A DNA stretch of 64,000 nt from Candidatus Latescibacterota bacterium (GCA_965215195.1 CBDCDC010000002.1:3808001-3872000), one strand, 5' to 3'; positions 19,222 through 30,730 are shown, counted from the stretch's first letter. Notes: generated from the sequence alone by a model not told the origin. Numbers and translations are program-made.

Positions 19222-20466
19222 ATGCAGAGACGCAGAGCCGTCGTCACGGGCTTGGGGGTCTTAGCGCCCAATGGCAACGACCTGCCCGCGTTTTGGGACG
19301 CGCTTTTGGCCGGCCGCTCTGGGGTCGGGCCGATCACCAAGTTCGATGCTTCCCAACACCGGACCACGATCGCCGCCGAGGTCAAGGATTTCGACCCGGC
19401 GGCGGTTATGGACCGCAAGGACGTGCGCCGCAACGACGCCTTCACGCATTATGCAGTTTGCGCGGCCAAGGAGGCGGCCGGCCGCGCCCGGCTCGACATG
19501 GAAGCGGTTGACCCCGAGCGCGTGGGCGTCATCTGGGGCTCGGGCATCGGCGGGATTCAGACCCACGAAGAGCAGCACACCATCCTGTTGGAGAAAGGCC
19601 CTAGGCGCATCAGCCCGTTCTACGTGCCCATGATGATCTCCGACATGGCCCCGGGCGTAATCTCCATGGAGTTAGGGGCCAAAGGGCCTAACTACGGCAC
19701 GGTGTCGGCCTGTTCGTCGGCGGCCCACGCCCTCGGCGAGTCGGCGCGCAAAATTCAGTACGGGGAAGCCGACGTGATGGTGACCGGCGGCTCGGAAGCG
19801 GCCGTCACCCCCATTTCCATGGCTGGTTTTTCCTCGGCCAAGGCCCTATCGACGCGCAACCACGAGCCCGAGCGGGCCAGCCGGCCCTTTGACGCCGAGC
19901 GCGATGGCTTCGTGCTCGGCGAAGGAGCCGGAGCCGTCATCTTGGAGGAATTGGAGCACGCGCAAAGGCGCGGGGCCGAGATCTACGGGGAATTCCTCGG
20001 GCTGGGTTTTACGGCCGACGCCTATCACCAGACGGCGATGGCACCCGAGGCCGAGGGCGGGGCGCGGGCCATACGCATTGCCCTGCGCGATGGGGGCTTG
20101 GAACCGGGCGACATAGGGTACGTCAATGCCCACGGCACCTCCACGCCCATGGGCGACCAGCAGGAGACCGCGGCGCTCAAGGCGGTCTTCGCCGGCCACA
20201 CCGACAGCATGGCCGTGAGTTCGACCAAATCCATGACCGGGCATCTGTTGGGCGCAGCCGGGGCCATTGAGAGCATCGCCTGCATCCTGGCGCTCAAGAG
20301 CGGGGTCCTGCCGCCGACGATCAACTACGAAAACCCCGACCCGGACTGCGACCTCGACTACGTGCCCAACGAGGCGCGTCGCGTGCAGGCAGACTACGCC
20401 CTCAACAATTCCTTTGGATTTGGCGGCCACAACGTGGCACTGGTGTTTGGTCGCTTCACCGGCTGA
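19222..20466 (+). CDS. fabF: Beta-ketoacyl-ACP synthase II
   Basis: SACSS, NAHGTST, TGHLLGA, SFGFGG. Start may be 19207 or 19222. Confidence 0.95.
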   Translation: MQRRRAVVTGLGVLAPNGNDLPAFWDALLAGRSGVGPITKFDASQHRTTIAAEVKDFDPAAVMDRKDVRRNDAFTHYAVCAAKEAAGRARLDMEAVDPERVGVIWGSGIGGIQTHEEQHTILLEKGPRRISPFYVPMMISDMAPGVISMELGAKGPNYGTVSACSSAAHALGESARKIQYGEADVMVTGGSEAAVTPISMAGFSSAKALSTRNHEPERASRPFDAERDGFVLGEGAGAVILEELEHAQRRGAEIYGEFLGLGFTADAYHQTAMAPEAEGGARAIRIALRDGGLEPGDIGYVNAHGTSTPMGDQQETAALKAVFAGHTDSMAVSSTKSMTGHLLGAAGAIESIACILALKSGVLPPTINYENPDPDCDLDYVPNEARRVQADYALNNSFGFGGHNVALVFGRFTG

Positions 20467-20521
20467 CGCACTTCCCCAGCACTCCCCGAGCACTCCCCGT
20501 GCTTCAACGGGTATTAGGCAG

Positions 20522-21280
20522 ATGAGCTGGATTTCAACCCTTTGGAATCGCCGCAAGCTGGCGGGCGACCGAGAAGAGTTTGCCCCGGGGTCGCGGCGCA
20601 CCCTCGAAAAGCTGTTGGGCTACTGCTTTAAGAACGCGGATTTGTTGGTCAAGGCCCTCAAGCATCGATCGTATGTGTACGCCGAGGAGGGCAGCGACCG
20701 CATCGAGTCGAACGAGCGGCTCGAATTTCTCGGCGATGCCGTGCTGGAGCTATTGGTCACCGAATACCTCTTTCGCCGCTTTGAAAACAAGGGCGAGGGC
20801 GAATTGACCCAGATGAGGTCGCAGTTAGTCAGCCGCACGGTGCTGGCTCAGCAGGCTGATCGCCTTGGGGTGGGGGCCTTTGTGTTGCTGAGTGCAGATG
20901 AGCGCGAGGCCAATGGCGGACAGCGGCCGTCGATTCTCTGCGACACTTTGGAGTCGCTGATTGGGGCGATCTACCTCGACGGTGGCTTAGAGGCGGCCCG
21001 CGCCTTTGTCTGGCGCGCCGTGCTCGCGGATTTTCACCAAATAGTCCAACAGGACGCCAACTACAACTTCAAGAACAAGTTACTCGAGTACTCGCAGAGC
21101 AAGGGCAATGGCCACCCCCGCTACTTGGTTCACGCAGAGGAAGGGCCTGACCACGACAAGATCTTCAGCGTCGAAGTGTGCATCACTGGCCAGCGCGTGG
21201 GTTGGGGCCGGGGGCGGAGCAAGAAGGCGGCGCAACAGATGGCGGCCAAGGACGCCCTCGAGAGTTTGGATGCGCTCTAA
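20522..21280 (+). CDS. rnc: Ribonuclease III
   Basis: NERLEFLGDAVL plus a C-terminal dsRBD. Confidence 0.95.
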   Translation: MSWISTLWNRRKLAGDREEFAPGSRRTLEKLLGYCFKNADLLVKALKHRSYVYAEEGSDRIESNERLEFLGDAVLELLVTEYLFRRFENKGEGELTQMRSQLVSRTVLAQQADRLGVGAFVLLSADEREANGGQRPSILCDTLESLIGAIYLDGGLEAARAFVWRAVLADFHQIVQQDANYNFKNKLLEYSQSKGNGHPRYLVHAEEGPDHDKIFSVEVCITGQRVGWGRGRSKKAAQQMAAKDALESLDAL

Positions 21281-22059
21281 TGGGCCTTGTTTGGCGCATT
21301 GTCGATACGGGTGCGCACTGTGGCGCGTACAACATGGGCGTCGATCAGGCCCTCGCGGCCGGCGCGGCCCAAGGCCCGGTGCTGCGCTTCTACGGCTGGG
21401 ATCCGCCGGCCATCTCCTGCGGCTGGAACCAGCAGCCCGAGCGCGAGGCCAATGTACAGGTCTGCCGGGCGCTGGGCATTGACGTGGTGCGCCGGCCCAC
21501 GGGCGGGCGCGCGGTGCTGCACTGGGAGGAACTGACCTACAGCGTCGCCTGCGTTGCGGAGATTTTGGGCGCGGGCGGCGGAGTACAGGCCACGCACTGC
21601 AAGATCGGCGCGTGCTTGGCCGAAGGGCTGCGGCTTTTCGGGGCCCCCGTCGAGCTGGAAAGGGCCGGCCGTTGCGTTGGGGGCTCGCGGTCGGGTCCTT
21701 GTTTTGGCAGCACGGTGCGCTGGGAGCTCAAGTGCCGGCAGCGCAAACTGGTCGGCAGCGCGCAGCGGCGCTACGGACGCCGCTTGCTGCAACACGGGTC
21801 GATCTTACTCGGCCGGGCGCACGAGCGCCTGCCGCACCTCATGCGGATTGACGAAGGTGTGCGGCAACAATGGACCCGGCAGGTGCGAGCGCACAGCACG
21901 GATTTGCAGTCCTGCATGGGGCGGCCAATTGACCGGGCCGCGCTGGTCGACTGCTTGGTCGAGGGCTTTAAGCGCCAGCTCGGCGCAACAATGCGTTGGA
22001 GCGCACTGGCTGCCGACGAGGTGCGCCGGGCTGCGGCTTGGGAAAGGGACCGCGCATGA
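21280..22059 (+). CDS. Lipoate-protein ligase A family protein (LipM-like octanoyltransferase)
   Basis: [37 protein letters not shown]. Confidence 0.85.
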   Translation: MGLVWRIVDTGAHCGAYNMGVDQALAAGAAQGPVLRFYGWDPPAISCGWNQQPEREANVQVCRALGIDVVRRPTGGRAVLHWEELTYSVACVAEILGAGGGVQATHCKIGACLAEGLRLFGAPVELERAGRCVGGSRSGPCFGSTVRWELKCRQRKLVGSAQRRYGRRLLQHGSILLGRAHERLPHLMRIDEGVRQQWTRQVRAHSTDLQSCMGRPIDRAALVDCLVEGFKRQLGATMRWSALAADEVRRAAAWERDRA

Positions 22060-23036
22060 TCGCGCAGGATCCCGTGCTAGAGGTCCGCGATTTGCGGACT
22101 TATTTCCACACGGAGGAGGGCGTCGCCCGCGCCGTTGATGGGGTGTCGTTTGCCGTGGGACGGGGCCAGACGCTGGGCTTGGTCGGCGAAAGCGGCTGCG
22201 GCAAGAGCGTCAGCGCCTTCTCGATCATGCGCTTGGTACCCGATCCGCCGGGCCGCATTGAGGCCGGGCAGATCCTGCTCAAGGGGCGCGACTTGCTCGC
22301 GCTGGACGAGGAGGAGATGCGCCGAGTGCGCGGCGACGACATCGCGATGATTTTCCAAGAGCCGATGACCAGCCTCAACCCGGTACTGACCTGCGGGTTC
22401 CAGATCGCCGAGGCCGTGGTCCTGCACCAGCAGGTCCCCATGCAGGAAGCGCGCGCCCGGGCGGTCGAGATGCTGCAGCTCGTGGGGATTCCAGCGCCCG
22501 AACAGCGGATTGACGAATATCCCCACCAGCTATCGGGTGGGATGCGCCAGCGGGTGATGATCGCCATGGCCCTGTCGTGCAACCCAGACGTGTTGATTGC
22601 CGACGAGCCGACTACGGCTCTCGACGTGACGATCCAAGCGCAGATCCTCGCGCTGTTGGAGTCCCTGCAACAATCCCTGCAAATGGCGATTGTGATGATC
22701 ACCCACGACCTCGGCGTAATCGCCGAGACCGCCGACCAAGTGGCGGTCATGTACGCCGGCCAAATCGTCGAATACGCGGAAACGCAGTCGCTTTTCACCC
22801 GTCCGCGCCATCCTTATACGCGCGGCTTGCTGCGCTCGATTCCGCGGCTGGACGACGAGCAAGAGCGATTGGATATCATTCCGGGCGTGGTGCCCGATGC
22901 CCGCGCTTTCCCGCCGGGGTGTCGCTTTGCTCCGCGCTGCCCACTGGCCGACGCCCACTGTCGGGCTGAAGCGCCGCGGCTAGAAGAGGTTGAGGGCGGG
23001 CACTGGGCGAGCTGTTGGAAGGCAGGGGACGCATGA
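22056..23036 (+). CDS. Oligopeptide/dipeptide ABC ATPase (OppD/DppD)
   Basis: [30 protein letters not shown]-terminal Cys cluster. Confidence 0.92.
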   Translation: MIAQDPVLEVRDLRTYFHTEEGVARAVDGVSFAVGRGQTLGLVGESGCGKSVSAFSIMRLVPDPPGRIEAGQILLKGRDLLALDEEEMRRVRGDDIAMIFQEPMTSLNPVLTCGFQIAEAVVLHQQVPMQEARARAVEMLQLVGIPAPEQRIDEYPHQLSGGMRQRVMIAMALSCNPDVLIADEPTTALDVTIQAQILALLESLQQSLQMAIVMITHDLGVIAETADQVAVMYAGQIVEYAETQSLFTRPRHPYTRGLLRSIPRLDDEQERLDIIPGVVPDARAFPPGCRFAPRCPLADAHCRAEAPRLEEVEGGHWASCWKAGDA

Positions 23037-24061
23037 GCCAAGCCGCGCCTTTGGTCGAGGTCAAGGGACTCAAAAAACACTTCCCCGTGCGCCGGGGGTT
23101 TTGGGGCCGGGTGCAGGCTCACGTCAAGGCCGTCGATGGGGTTGAGCTGGCGATTGGGCGCGGCGAGACCTTGGGCGTAGTCGGCGAGAGTGGCTGTGGC
23201 AAGACCACGCTGGGAAGGCTCATGCTGCGGCTAGTTGAGGCTACGGCCGGGCAGGTGTTCTTTGCCGGGGTTGATCTGTTGGGGTTGGGCAAAGAGGCTA
23301 TGCGGCGGCAGCGGCGGGACATGCAAATCATCTTCCAAGACCCGTATGCGTCGCTCAACCCGCGGATGACGGTGGGCGGCATCATCGGCGAGGCCCTGAA
23401 GGTCCACGGGCTGGCCGAGCGCGCCGAGTTGCCCGAGCGGGTGGGGGAATTGCTGGAGATGGTCGGGTTGCCGGCGGATTGCACGCGGCGCTACCCGCAC
23501 GAGTTTTCCGGCGGCCAGCGCCAGCGCATTGGCATTGCCCGCGCCTTGGCGGTGCGGCCGCAGTTTATCGTCGCCGACGAGCCAGTGTCCGCGCTGGACG
23601 TTTCGGTACAGGCCCAGATTATCAACTTGCTGCAAGACCTCCAGCGCGATTTGGGCCTAACTTATATGTTTATCGCCCACGACTTAAGCGTGGTGCGCCA
23701 CATTTCGGATCGGGTGGCCGTGATGTACTTGGGGCGCGTCGTCGAGGTGGCCGCCCGCGATCAGCTCTACCGCCAGCCGTCCCATCCCTATACGCGTGCG
23801 CTGCTGGCGGCCGTGCCCGCGCCCGACCCGCGGACTAAGCGACAGCGCGTCCTCTTGGAGGGCGACGCACCCAATCCAGCGGCCGTGCCTTCGGGATGCC
23901 CCTTTCACCCGCGCTGCCCGGAGCGCGAGGCGATCTGCACCCGCGTCGTGCCGCGCCTCGTCGATCTGGGCGGCGGCCACTGCACGGCCTGTCTGCTGCG
24001 CTATCCCGCGCAGCTAAAGAACCGGCTGGCTGCCGAGGCTAACGAGAAAAACGCAAGATAG
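23033..24061 (+). CDS. Oligopeptide/dipeptide ABC ATPase (OppF/DppF)
   Basis: [29 protein letters not shown]. Confidence 0.92.
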   Translation: MSQAAPLVEVKGLKKHFPVRRGFWGRVQAHVKAVDGVELAIGRGETLGVVGESGCGKTTLGRLMLRLVEATAGQVFFAGVDLLGLGKEAMRRQRRDMQIIFQDPYASLNPRMTVGGIIGEALKVHGLAERAELPERVGELLEMVGLPADCTRRYPHEFSGGQRQRIGIARALAVRPQFIVADEPVSALDVSVQAQIINLLQDLQRDLGLTYMFIAHDLSVVRHISDRVAVMYLGRVVEVAARDQLYRQPSHPYTRALLAAVPAPDPRTKRQRVLLEGDAPNPAAVPSGCPFHPRCPEREAICTRVVPRLVDLGGGHCTACLLRYPAQLKNRLAAEANEKNAR

Positions 24062-24078
24062 CAGGAGAACTATAGCTT

Positions 24079-25899
24079 ATGATGACTTTGTTGCGCCAAA
24101 AGACGGTGCTCGTCCTGTGGTTTGTGATATTCGCCTTCATCGGCTTGATCGTCGTTGAGTGGGGTGCCGACTACTCAGGAGCAGGTGCCAACGACGCCGG
24201 CGATGCAGTCGGCGTGGTCAATGGCGAGACCATTTCGCTACGGGAGTTTCAAGACGCGCTGCGCCGGCTAGCGCGCCAGATGCCGCAGGAGCAGCGCGCC
24301 GATCAGGCCCTGCTCGTGCGCCAAGTGTGGGACTACTACGTCCGCGAGATCATCCTGACCCAAGAGTACGAGCGCTTGGGCTTCGAGGTGACCGACGGGG
24401 AAATTGCCTTTTACACGCGCAACAAGCCCCCGCAAGCCGTGCGCGAATTCGAGATCTTTCAAACCGCTGGCGCGTTCGACATGGACAAGTACGCCCAGTT
24501 CATCGGCAACCCGGCCAATCTCAGCGACCCCAACAACCAAGCCCTAGTCCTGTGGATCGAGAGCGCAATTGAGCGGCAATTGCTCGATTACAGGCTCCAG
24601 CGAATGCTGCGGGGCACCGCGCAGGTGAGTCCCAACGAGGTGCGCCAGCACTTTGCCGAGGCCAACGAAAAAGTGCGCGTCGAATACGCATTCGCCCCCA
24701 GCGACGCTGCGGATGACGAGGTCGAGGTCGCAGACGAAGATTTGGCCGCCTACTACCAAGATAACGTAGCCGACTACGAGCACCCCGATCAGGTAAAGCT
24801 GGAGTACGCGCACTTTCCCAAGGTGCCTAGCGCGGCGGATTCGCTGGAGATCAAAGAGGAGATCGGCCGCCTGCGCCAAGAGATCGAGGCCGGTAAGGAT
24901 TTCGCCGACTTGGCCGCGGTGGTCTCGGACGACGAAGGCTCGGCCGCCCAAGGCGGCGACCTCGGCTTTTTTGCTCGCGGCCAGATGGTCGCGCCCTTTG
25001 AGGAAGCGGCCTTCGCCTTGGCGGCTGGCGAACTCTCCGAGCCGGTGCAGACGCGCTATGGCTGGCACCTGATTAAGGTGGAAGAACGCTTGGAGGAAGG
25101 CGGCGAGGAGAAGGTACACGCCCGCCACATCTTGCTTAGACACCAGCCCTCGCGCGCGACCGAGGATAGCTTGCGCAGCCGCGCCGAGGCGTTCCAAGAG
25201 CAGGCCACAGCCGAGGGGTTTGCGGCCGCCCATGCGGCCTCTGGCATTGAGGCGACGGCCACGAATTTCCTGCGCGAGAGCCAAGCCGTGCCGGGCATCA
25301 GCGCGAACACGACTTGGCTCGTCAACTGGTTTTTTGAGCAGGAGCTTGGGGCCGTCAGTCAGGTAGTTGAGGACGACTCGGGGCTGTGGGTGGCGCATTT
25401 AGTGGCCAAACGCCCGGCGGGCATCGTGCCCTTGGACGAGCTAAAGAACCAGCTTGAGCCGTTGGTGCAGGCGCACAAAAAGGCCGCCCGCGCCGCGGCC
25501 CGGCTGGAGGCCGTGCGGCGGGAAGCAGAAGCCGGGACCACGTTGGCGCAGGCCGCGCAAAACGCCGGGCTGGAGCTACACGCCCCCGAGGCTTTTGCGC
25601 GCACCGAATCGGTGGCGGGCCTAGGCCGCGGCAACGCGGTAATCGGCGCGGCCTTCCGCTTGCAAGAGGGCCAGCTCAGCGAAGTAATTGAGGTCGCCGA
25701 GGGCGGCAAGCGAGGCGCTTACCTGCTGAGGCTGCTGGAGAAGACGCCGATAGACGAGGAGCAATTCGCCGCGCAACGCGAGCAGGTCGTCGCTCAGCTC
25801 CAAGCCCAGCGCGAGCAGGAAGCCGTGCAGAACTGGTTCGCGCACCTGTACGAGACGGCCGAGATCGAGGACAACAGACATCGCTTTTTCACGTTTTAG
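24079..25899 (+). CDS. PpiD-like peptidyl-prolyl isomerase (SurA_N plus parvulin)
   Basis: N-terminal [35 protein letters not shown]. Confidence 0.88.
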   Translation: MMTLLRQKTVLVLWFVIFAFIGLIVVEWGADYSGAGANDAGDAVGVVNGETISLREFQDALRRLARQMPQEQRADQALLVRQVWDYYVREIILTQEYERLGFEVTDGEIAFYTRNKPPQAVREFEIFQTAGAFDMDKYAQFIGNPANLSDPNNQALVLWIESAIERQLLDYRLQRMLRGTAQVSPNEVRQHFAEANEKVRVEYAFAPSDAADDEVEVADEDLAAYYQDNVADYEHPDQVKLEYAHFPKVPSAADSLEIKEEIGRLRQEIEAGKDFADLAAVVSDDEGSAAQGGDLGFFARGQMVAPFEEAAFALAAGELSEPVQTRYGWHLIKVEERLEEGGEEKVHARHILLRHQPSRATEDSLRSRAEAFQEQATAEGFAAAHAASGIEATATNFLRESQAVPGISANTTWLVNWFFEQELGAVSQVVEDDSGLWVAHLVAKRPAGIVPLDELKNQLEPLVQAHKKAARAAARLEAVRREAEAGTTLAQAAQNAGLELHAPEAFARTESVAGLGRGNAVIGAAFRLQEGQLSEVIEVAEGGKRGAYLLRLLEKTPIDEEQFAAQREQVVAQLQAQREQEAVQNWFAHLYETAEIEDNRHRFFTF

Positions 25900-25913
25900 A
25901 TTGGAGAGGAACC

Positions 25914-26825
25914 ATGTCAGCAGCACCGGGGCAAACGCAAATTGGCTTTATCGGCTTGGGGATCATGGGTGCGCCCATGGCCAAGAACCTGCTCGCGGCC
26001 GGCTATCGGCTCAACGTGTACAACCGCAGCGACCGGCCGCGCGTCGACGAGGTCGTCGCGGCCGGTGGCGTGCGCGTCGGCTCGCCCAAGGCGGCGGCGA
26101 CAGGTGCGGACGTCGTCATCAGCATCGTCACGGACACGCCCGATATGGAGGCCGTGCTCGTGGGCGAGGAGGGCGCGATTCACGGGGCCAAAGCGGGCGC
26201 GGTCGTCATCGATATGAGCACGGTGTCGCCCAAAGTCACCCGCGCAGTGGCGGCCGCCTTGCAGGAGCGGGGCGTGGCCATGCTCGACGCGCCCGTCAGC
26301 GGCGGGGATGTGGGCGCGATCAACGGCACCCTGTCGATCATGGTCGGCGGCGACGAGGCTGTCTTCGACCAGTGCCGGCCGGTCTTTGAGGCCATGGGCA
26401 CCAACATCAACTTGATTGGCCCCAACGGCGCGGGCCAGACCACCAAGCTCTGCAACCAGATCGCAGTTTCGGTCAACAACATGGCCATGGCCGAGGCCCT
26501 GATGCTGGCGGCGACCTCGGACTTGGACGTGCAAAAGGTCATTGACGCCATCAGCGGCGGGGCGGCTGGCTCTTGGCAGTTGAGCAACTTAGGCCCGCGC
26601 ATTGCCGCTGGCGATTTTGACCCGGGCTTTATGGTCTATTTGCAGCAAAAGGACCTGCGCTTGGTCTTGCAGGCGGCCAACGACGTCAAGCTGGCCCTGC
26701 CGGCCGTGAGCATCGCCCACCAGTTCTTCAACATCGTCGAGCGCGCGGGTTGCGCCGAAGAGGGGACTCAGGCGCTGATCAAAGCCTATGAGGCCCAGGC
26801 CGGCAAAGAGGCGCGGGCCAAGTAG
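25914..26825 (+). CDS. Beta-hydroxyacid dehydrogenase (2-hydroxy-3-oxopropionate reductase-like)
   Basis: GFIGLGIMG, LDAPVSGG, K.CNQ, KDL. Confidence 0.88.
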   Translation: MSAAPGQTQIGFIGLGIMGAPMAKNLLAAGYRLNVYNRSDRPRVDEVVAAGGVRVGSPKAAATGADVVISIVTDTPDMEAVLVGEEGAIHGAKAGAVVIDMSTVSPKVTRAVAAALQERGVAMLDAPVSGGDVGAINGTLSIMVGGDEAVFDQCRPVFEAMGTNINLIGPNGAGQTTKLCNQIAVSVNNMAMAEALMLAATSDLDVQKVIDAISGGAAGSWQLSNLGPRIAAGDFDPGFMVYLQQKDLRLVLQAANDVKLALPAVSIAHQFFNIVERAGCAEEGTQALIKAYEAQAGKEARAK

Positions 26826-26832
26826 GCCATCG

Positions 26833-27624
26833 GTGCAACTCGCATTAAAAAAGGCCGGAGTCCTGCTGCGCGATCAGGATTTGGATTATCCGGTTGCCGA
26901 GGTGCGCGAGCTATTTGCCCCGCATGGGATCGCAGTGCGCTTTATCGAGGGGGACGAGCGCCCGGACGACCTAGACTTGGTAATCGCGCTCGGAGGCGAC
27001 GGCACAGTGCTGCGCGCCTTTGCGCGTTTCCCCCAGCGGCCAGTGCTGGCGATCAATTTCGGCACCGTCGGCTTCTTGACCGCTGGGGACCGCAAGGATT
27101 TGGCGCGCATCGTCCAGCTCTTAGTCGATGGCCAGTACTTTGTCAGCGAGCGCTTGGTGCTCTCTTGCCGCTATCCCGGCGGCGAGAGTCTGGCCTTCAA
27201 CGAGGTGACCTTGCGGGCGCACCACAAAATGCTCTCCACGGACGTCTTCGTCGACGACGCCAAAATTCGCACTATCCGCGGCGACGGCGTGGTAGTTGGC
27301 ACGCCAACGGGCAGCACCGGGCTGTTGCTATCTATGGGTGCGCCGCTGGTCATGCCGGAAGTGCGCTGCATGTTGCTCGACGGCATCAACGAATACAACT
27401 TCACATCGCGGACCTTGATCCTGCCGGCCGAGAAGCGGGTGCGGTTGCGCGTCAGCCCCGGGATTTTGGACAGCCATGTGGTGCTCATTGTCGATGGCCG
27501 CGAGATATGCAGTTTAGCCCCCGAGCAGGAGGTGTACGTCGGCCAAGCCGCACACACGGCGCGGCTGATCTACTTAGACGATAAGTACTTTTTTCACAAC
27601 TTGTCGGAGAAACTTTCTTGGTAG
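26833..27624 (+). CDS. nadK: NAD(+) kinase
   Basis: GGDGT, G.VGFL, FNE, GDG..V.TPTGST. Confidence 0.85.
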   Translation: MQLALKKAGVLLRDQDLDYPVAEVRELFAPHGIAVRFIEGDERPDDLDLVIALGGDGTVLRAFARFPQRPVLAINFGTVGFLTAGDRKDLARIVQLLVDGQYFVSERLVLSCRYPGGESLAFNEVTLRAHHKMLSTDVFVDDAKIRTIRGDGVVVGTPTGSTGLLLSMGAPLVMPEVRCMLLDGINEYNFTSRTLILPAEKRVRLRVSPGILDSHVVLIVDGREICSLAPEQEVYVGQAAHTARLIYLDDKYFFHNLSEKLSW

Positions 27625-27625
27625 A
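27610..27625 (+). repeat. Left copy of the 16-bp direct repeat bounding the islet (3' end of nadK)
   Basis: AAACTTTCTTGGTAGA, identical at 32752-32767. Confidence 0.85.
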
Positions 27626-28211
27626 TTATGTTCCAAGCCGTATATTGGCGGGCAATCGAGTCGAATTCAGTATCGTTTCAAGTGACGACGGCATAGAGGA
27701 GGAAAAAGATGACCGATATCGATTCTGAACAGCATGAAGTCGAGGAAACTGGAGCAAGGGCGTGGGATCGGATCATGGGGGCATCGTTGGCACTTCCTGG
27801 GACAAAAGTTGACCGCAACAGCTTTCTTTATTCTCAACTCCATAATCATTGCGATGAGACGCAGGTTAGGAAGGCAATTGAAGACAGGCCTGCTAATGCT
27901 GGAATACCATCCAATCTGATTGATAGGTTGGCTGATGCCTGCATTAAGTCGCATGTTCGCAAAGCTTCTGCGATTTCATTTGGGACGGGCTTGCCGGGTG
28001 GTTGGGCGATGGCGGCCACAATTCCCGCCGACCTAGCTCAATTCTATTGGCACGCAATCGTCTTATCCCAGAAGTTGGCGCACTTATATGGCTGGCCAGA
28101 CTTACTGGAGGAAGACGAGGCTGACGAAGAGACTAAGGCGAGGATTACGCTACTCATCGGAGCGATGATGGGTGCTGAGGGAGTTAACAAAGTAATAAGC
28201 GAGGTGGCTAA

Positions 28212-29154
28212 GAGCCTATACGGAAATCATGTCAACCGTTCGACGATTTGAAAAATGATAAGCACCGAAGCGACCTGAATGAATGCTTCGTAATGGGTAC
28301 TCTTTTTCTCCCATCGGACCAACAGACGACGGAATCGATTATGCCAAGCATGGGTTCGTTCAACCACCCATCGACGAGCCGGATGTTTCTTTTGCGCGGG
28401 TATAGAGGCCTTGTCGGCTTGACTTTTCGCCAAGTGTAGGTGATAGTCGCGTTCCTCGACTCCTTCAATAACCTCGGCGTAGTCATAGCCTTTGTCCAGA
28501 CACAGATGGTGCAGCCGATAGACGACTTTCTTGGGTCTTTCCACGACGAGGCCATCCAACGTCGCCAGTGCTACCGTTTTGTCATGCGTATTGGCTGCGG
28601 TTACTTCCACGGCCAGCGGTGCGCCTCGCTGGTCGGTCAACACCGACCGTTTAGTGCCCTTTTTACCCCGATCGACCGGCGACGGACCGGTCGCTTCGCC
28701 GCCCAACGGCGCTTTGGTGATCACCCCATCGAGGGCTTGCCATTTCCAAGCAATGCCCACTTGCTTATCATAGTAGTGTAGCAGCGTCTGCCAAGCTCGG
28801 AGAAACACGCCTTGTTTCACCCACTGGCGGAACCGACCGTGGACGGTCGAGCCGGGTGCATAGGCTGCCCGCGGAATGGCCTGCCATTGGCAGCCGCTGC
28901 GCAACACAAAGATCATGGCGTCAAAAAGGACACGGTGGGGTGTGGGCGGACGTCCGACGGTGCCGGGTTGTTTTTCCGGACCCAGAATCGGGGCGATTAG
29001 ATTCCACAAGGCATCCGGGGTATGCCAGATCGTGTCCGGCGAATCGGTCTTGGTGGCCATGGCTTTCTTCCTCTTGGTTGAGGGTCAAATGGTACGGAAA
29101 GCGTAGGTCGCCAAGACCTTTGTATCAACAAAAAATCAATTTTCGTATAGGCTC
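28212..29154 (-). mobile_element. IS5-family insertion sequence (IS1031-like), 943 bp
   Basis: Inverted repeats GAGCCTATACGGAAAT / GAGCCTATACGAAAAT (15/16); TAA duplication at 28209-28211 and 29155-29157. Confidence 0.92.
28227..29060 (-). CDS. IS5-family transposase
   Basis: GCQW..IP, ALDG, DRGK.G.K, AN.HD, DKGYD, RWVVERT..W...FRRL..RWE. Confidence 0.93.
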   Translation of the reverse strand: MATKTDSPDTIWHTPDALWNLIAPILGPEKQPGTVGRPPTPHRVLFDAMIFVLRSGCQWQAIPRAAYAPGSTVHGRFRQWVKQGVFLRAWQTLLHYYDKQVGIAWKWQALDGVITKAPLGGEATGPSPVDRGKKGTKRSVLTDQRGAPLAVEVTAANTHDKTVALATLDGLVVERPKKVVYRLHHLCLDKGYDYAEVIEGVEERDYHLHLAKSQADKASIPAQKKHPARRWVVERTHAWHNRFRRLLVRWEKKSTHYEAFIQVASVLIIFQIVERLT

Positions 29155-29499
29155 TAAGCGATTTGCCAGCCAAACTGTGCGCCGTCTTCCGAGGCAGGCG
29201 CTCACTAAGACTATGTACTATCCGCTAATCAAACAGATTGGCAAATGGATTGGAATTAACGTCACCAAAAACACCTTTGCGCGTAGCGTGTCAAAAGTCG
29301 TGCCAATTATTGGCGGACTTATTTCCGCTGGCGTGACTGCGGCAATGATGAAACCTATGGCCAAGCGACTGAAGAATCACCTAAGAGAGTTGCGATTAGC
29401 ACATCCTGACGGTCATAACAGGTGAGAAGGGTGAGTTACACCCCATCGGTAAAGTCTGACTGAGGCCAGATTTTGGACGTTGACAGGAGAAAAGAATCG

Positions 29500-30447
29500 G
29501 TGAAAGGCGATACTAAGCAGGTTGACAATCAAGCTAGTAGTAACGGACAAGCTGCAAATCCACGCATTATCATCGACGCTAGCTACATTCGCGGCATGAG
29601 CAGAGACGGTGCGCCGCTTCGCACCATGAGTGAACAAGGCGGTCGCATCGTGCTAATCGATACTTTATCGTACGAGCTTATTACCTCCGATCGTAACCAA
29701 TGGCCCGCAGCGAAGAGTAGGCTTACAGCGTGCCAAGACGCTATCGAGGTCTGGGAACATGTCCCCAAGATGTTGAGGGTCGAGATTGAAGAGAACTGTC
29801 CGTACGGCGATCCTTTACGCCCTGAAGAAGAAACTGAACGCTTTCGAGAAATGCTGGCAAACGATCCGCAGGACGAGCCTGATGATTTGGGAGAAATAAT
29901 TGATAAGGTACGTCAAGAACGCGAAGGTCCCAATATACCTGAACTATTTCAGAACTTCGCAAGACTCAATAAAGAGTTTGGTGAGGAGATCACGGCAAAG
30001 ATCAAAGATAAAGCACCCCATGATAAAGAAGTTGTGCAAACTTGTTTCTCCGCAATTAACGATGACCAAAGCATTCGGTCAATGGTAGATATAGTCCGGT
30101 CCTCGGTGAAGAATGACATGGATGTTTCACTAAACCCCCAAGAAGTAAATGAAAAGTGGGTTATATGGCACTTTTCTAAATCGCTTCTCACCGTGCTCTG
30201 CGATTGTCTGCGGCGCGGTGAGAATGCGTTTAAGGAAATATCTAAGAACCATGAGAAACGTTTGAACAACATAACACATGACTTAGACTACTTGATTTTA
30301 TTGGCGTTTGCAGATGCGATTGCATCCCGCGAAACAAAAGGAGAATTGTTTTACTATCGGCGATGGATGTTTGGCGATGCCTTAAAACCGTTGATAAGCT
30401 CTTATAAAAAAGAGCAAATCGTGCATACATTACAGACAGATGTCTAA
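29500..30447 (+). CDS. Hypothetical protein, PIN-like nuclease (copy 1, N-terminal part)
   Basis: IIIDASY, IVLIDTL.YEL, HDLDYL...ADAIASRE. GTG start after AGGAG. Paralogue of 31064-32221. Confidence 0.55.
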   Translation: MKGDTKQVDNQASSNGQAANPRIIIDASYIRGMSRDGAPLRTMSEQGGRIVLIDTLSYELITSDRNQWPAAKSRLTACQDAIEVWEHVPKMLRVEIEENCPYGDPLRPEEETERFREMLANDPQDEPDDLGEIIDKVRQEREGPNIPELFQNFARLNKEFGEEITAKIKDKAPHDKEVVQTCFSAINDDQSIRSMVDIVRSSVKNDMDVSLNPQEVNEKWVIWHFSKSLLTVLCDCLRRGENAFKEISKNHEKRLNNITHDLDYLILLAFADAIASRETKGELFYYRRWMFGDALKPLISSYKKEQIVHTLQTDV

Positions 30448-30730
30448 AATCGCGATTTATGTAACTGAGCAACTAGATGGATATACGTATGCACTTGATC
30501 CTTGGAGCCGAGAGTCGCTAAAGATACAGGATTCGGAAACGCTACCTGCAAGCGTGTTTATCTCGTATGAAACCAAACGGCACTTTGAGTTTTTTAATGG
30601 CCCAATATGGAAACATACTGTAGAGATCCTTACAGGCTATTCGACACCAGAACTTCGGGAATTTGGTGGGGTCGTATTTGTGGATACCACAACACTAGAT
30701 CCTCTATTTGAGCCTTCAGAAGCGGTCTGA
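30440..30730 (+). CDS. Hypothetical protein (copy 1 C-terminal domain, separated by a +1 frameshift)
   Basis: Aligns with the last ~95 aa of 31064-32221 (VTEQLDGY..ALD.WS, EILTGYST.ELREFGGVVFVDTTTLDPLFEP). Confidence 0.6.
   Translation: MSKIAIYVTEQLDGYTYALDPWSRESLKIQDSETLPASVFISYETKRHFEFFNGPIWKHTVEILTGYSTPELREFGGVVFVDTTTLDPLFEPSEAV

Larger units (their letters stand above)
27709..29425 (+). pseudogene. EcsC-like protein interrupted by an IS5-family element
   Basis: Removing the IS and one TAA joins ..SEVAK|RFASQ.. into a continuous 256-aa ORF with GLPGG...PADL.QFY and KVVPIIGG motifs. Confidence 0.7.
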
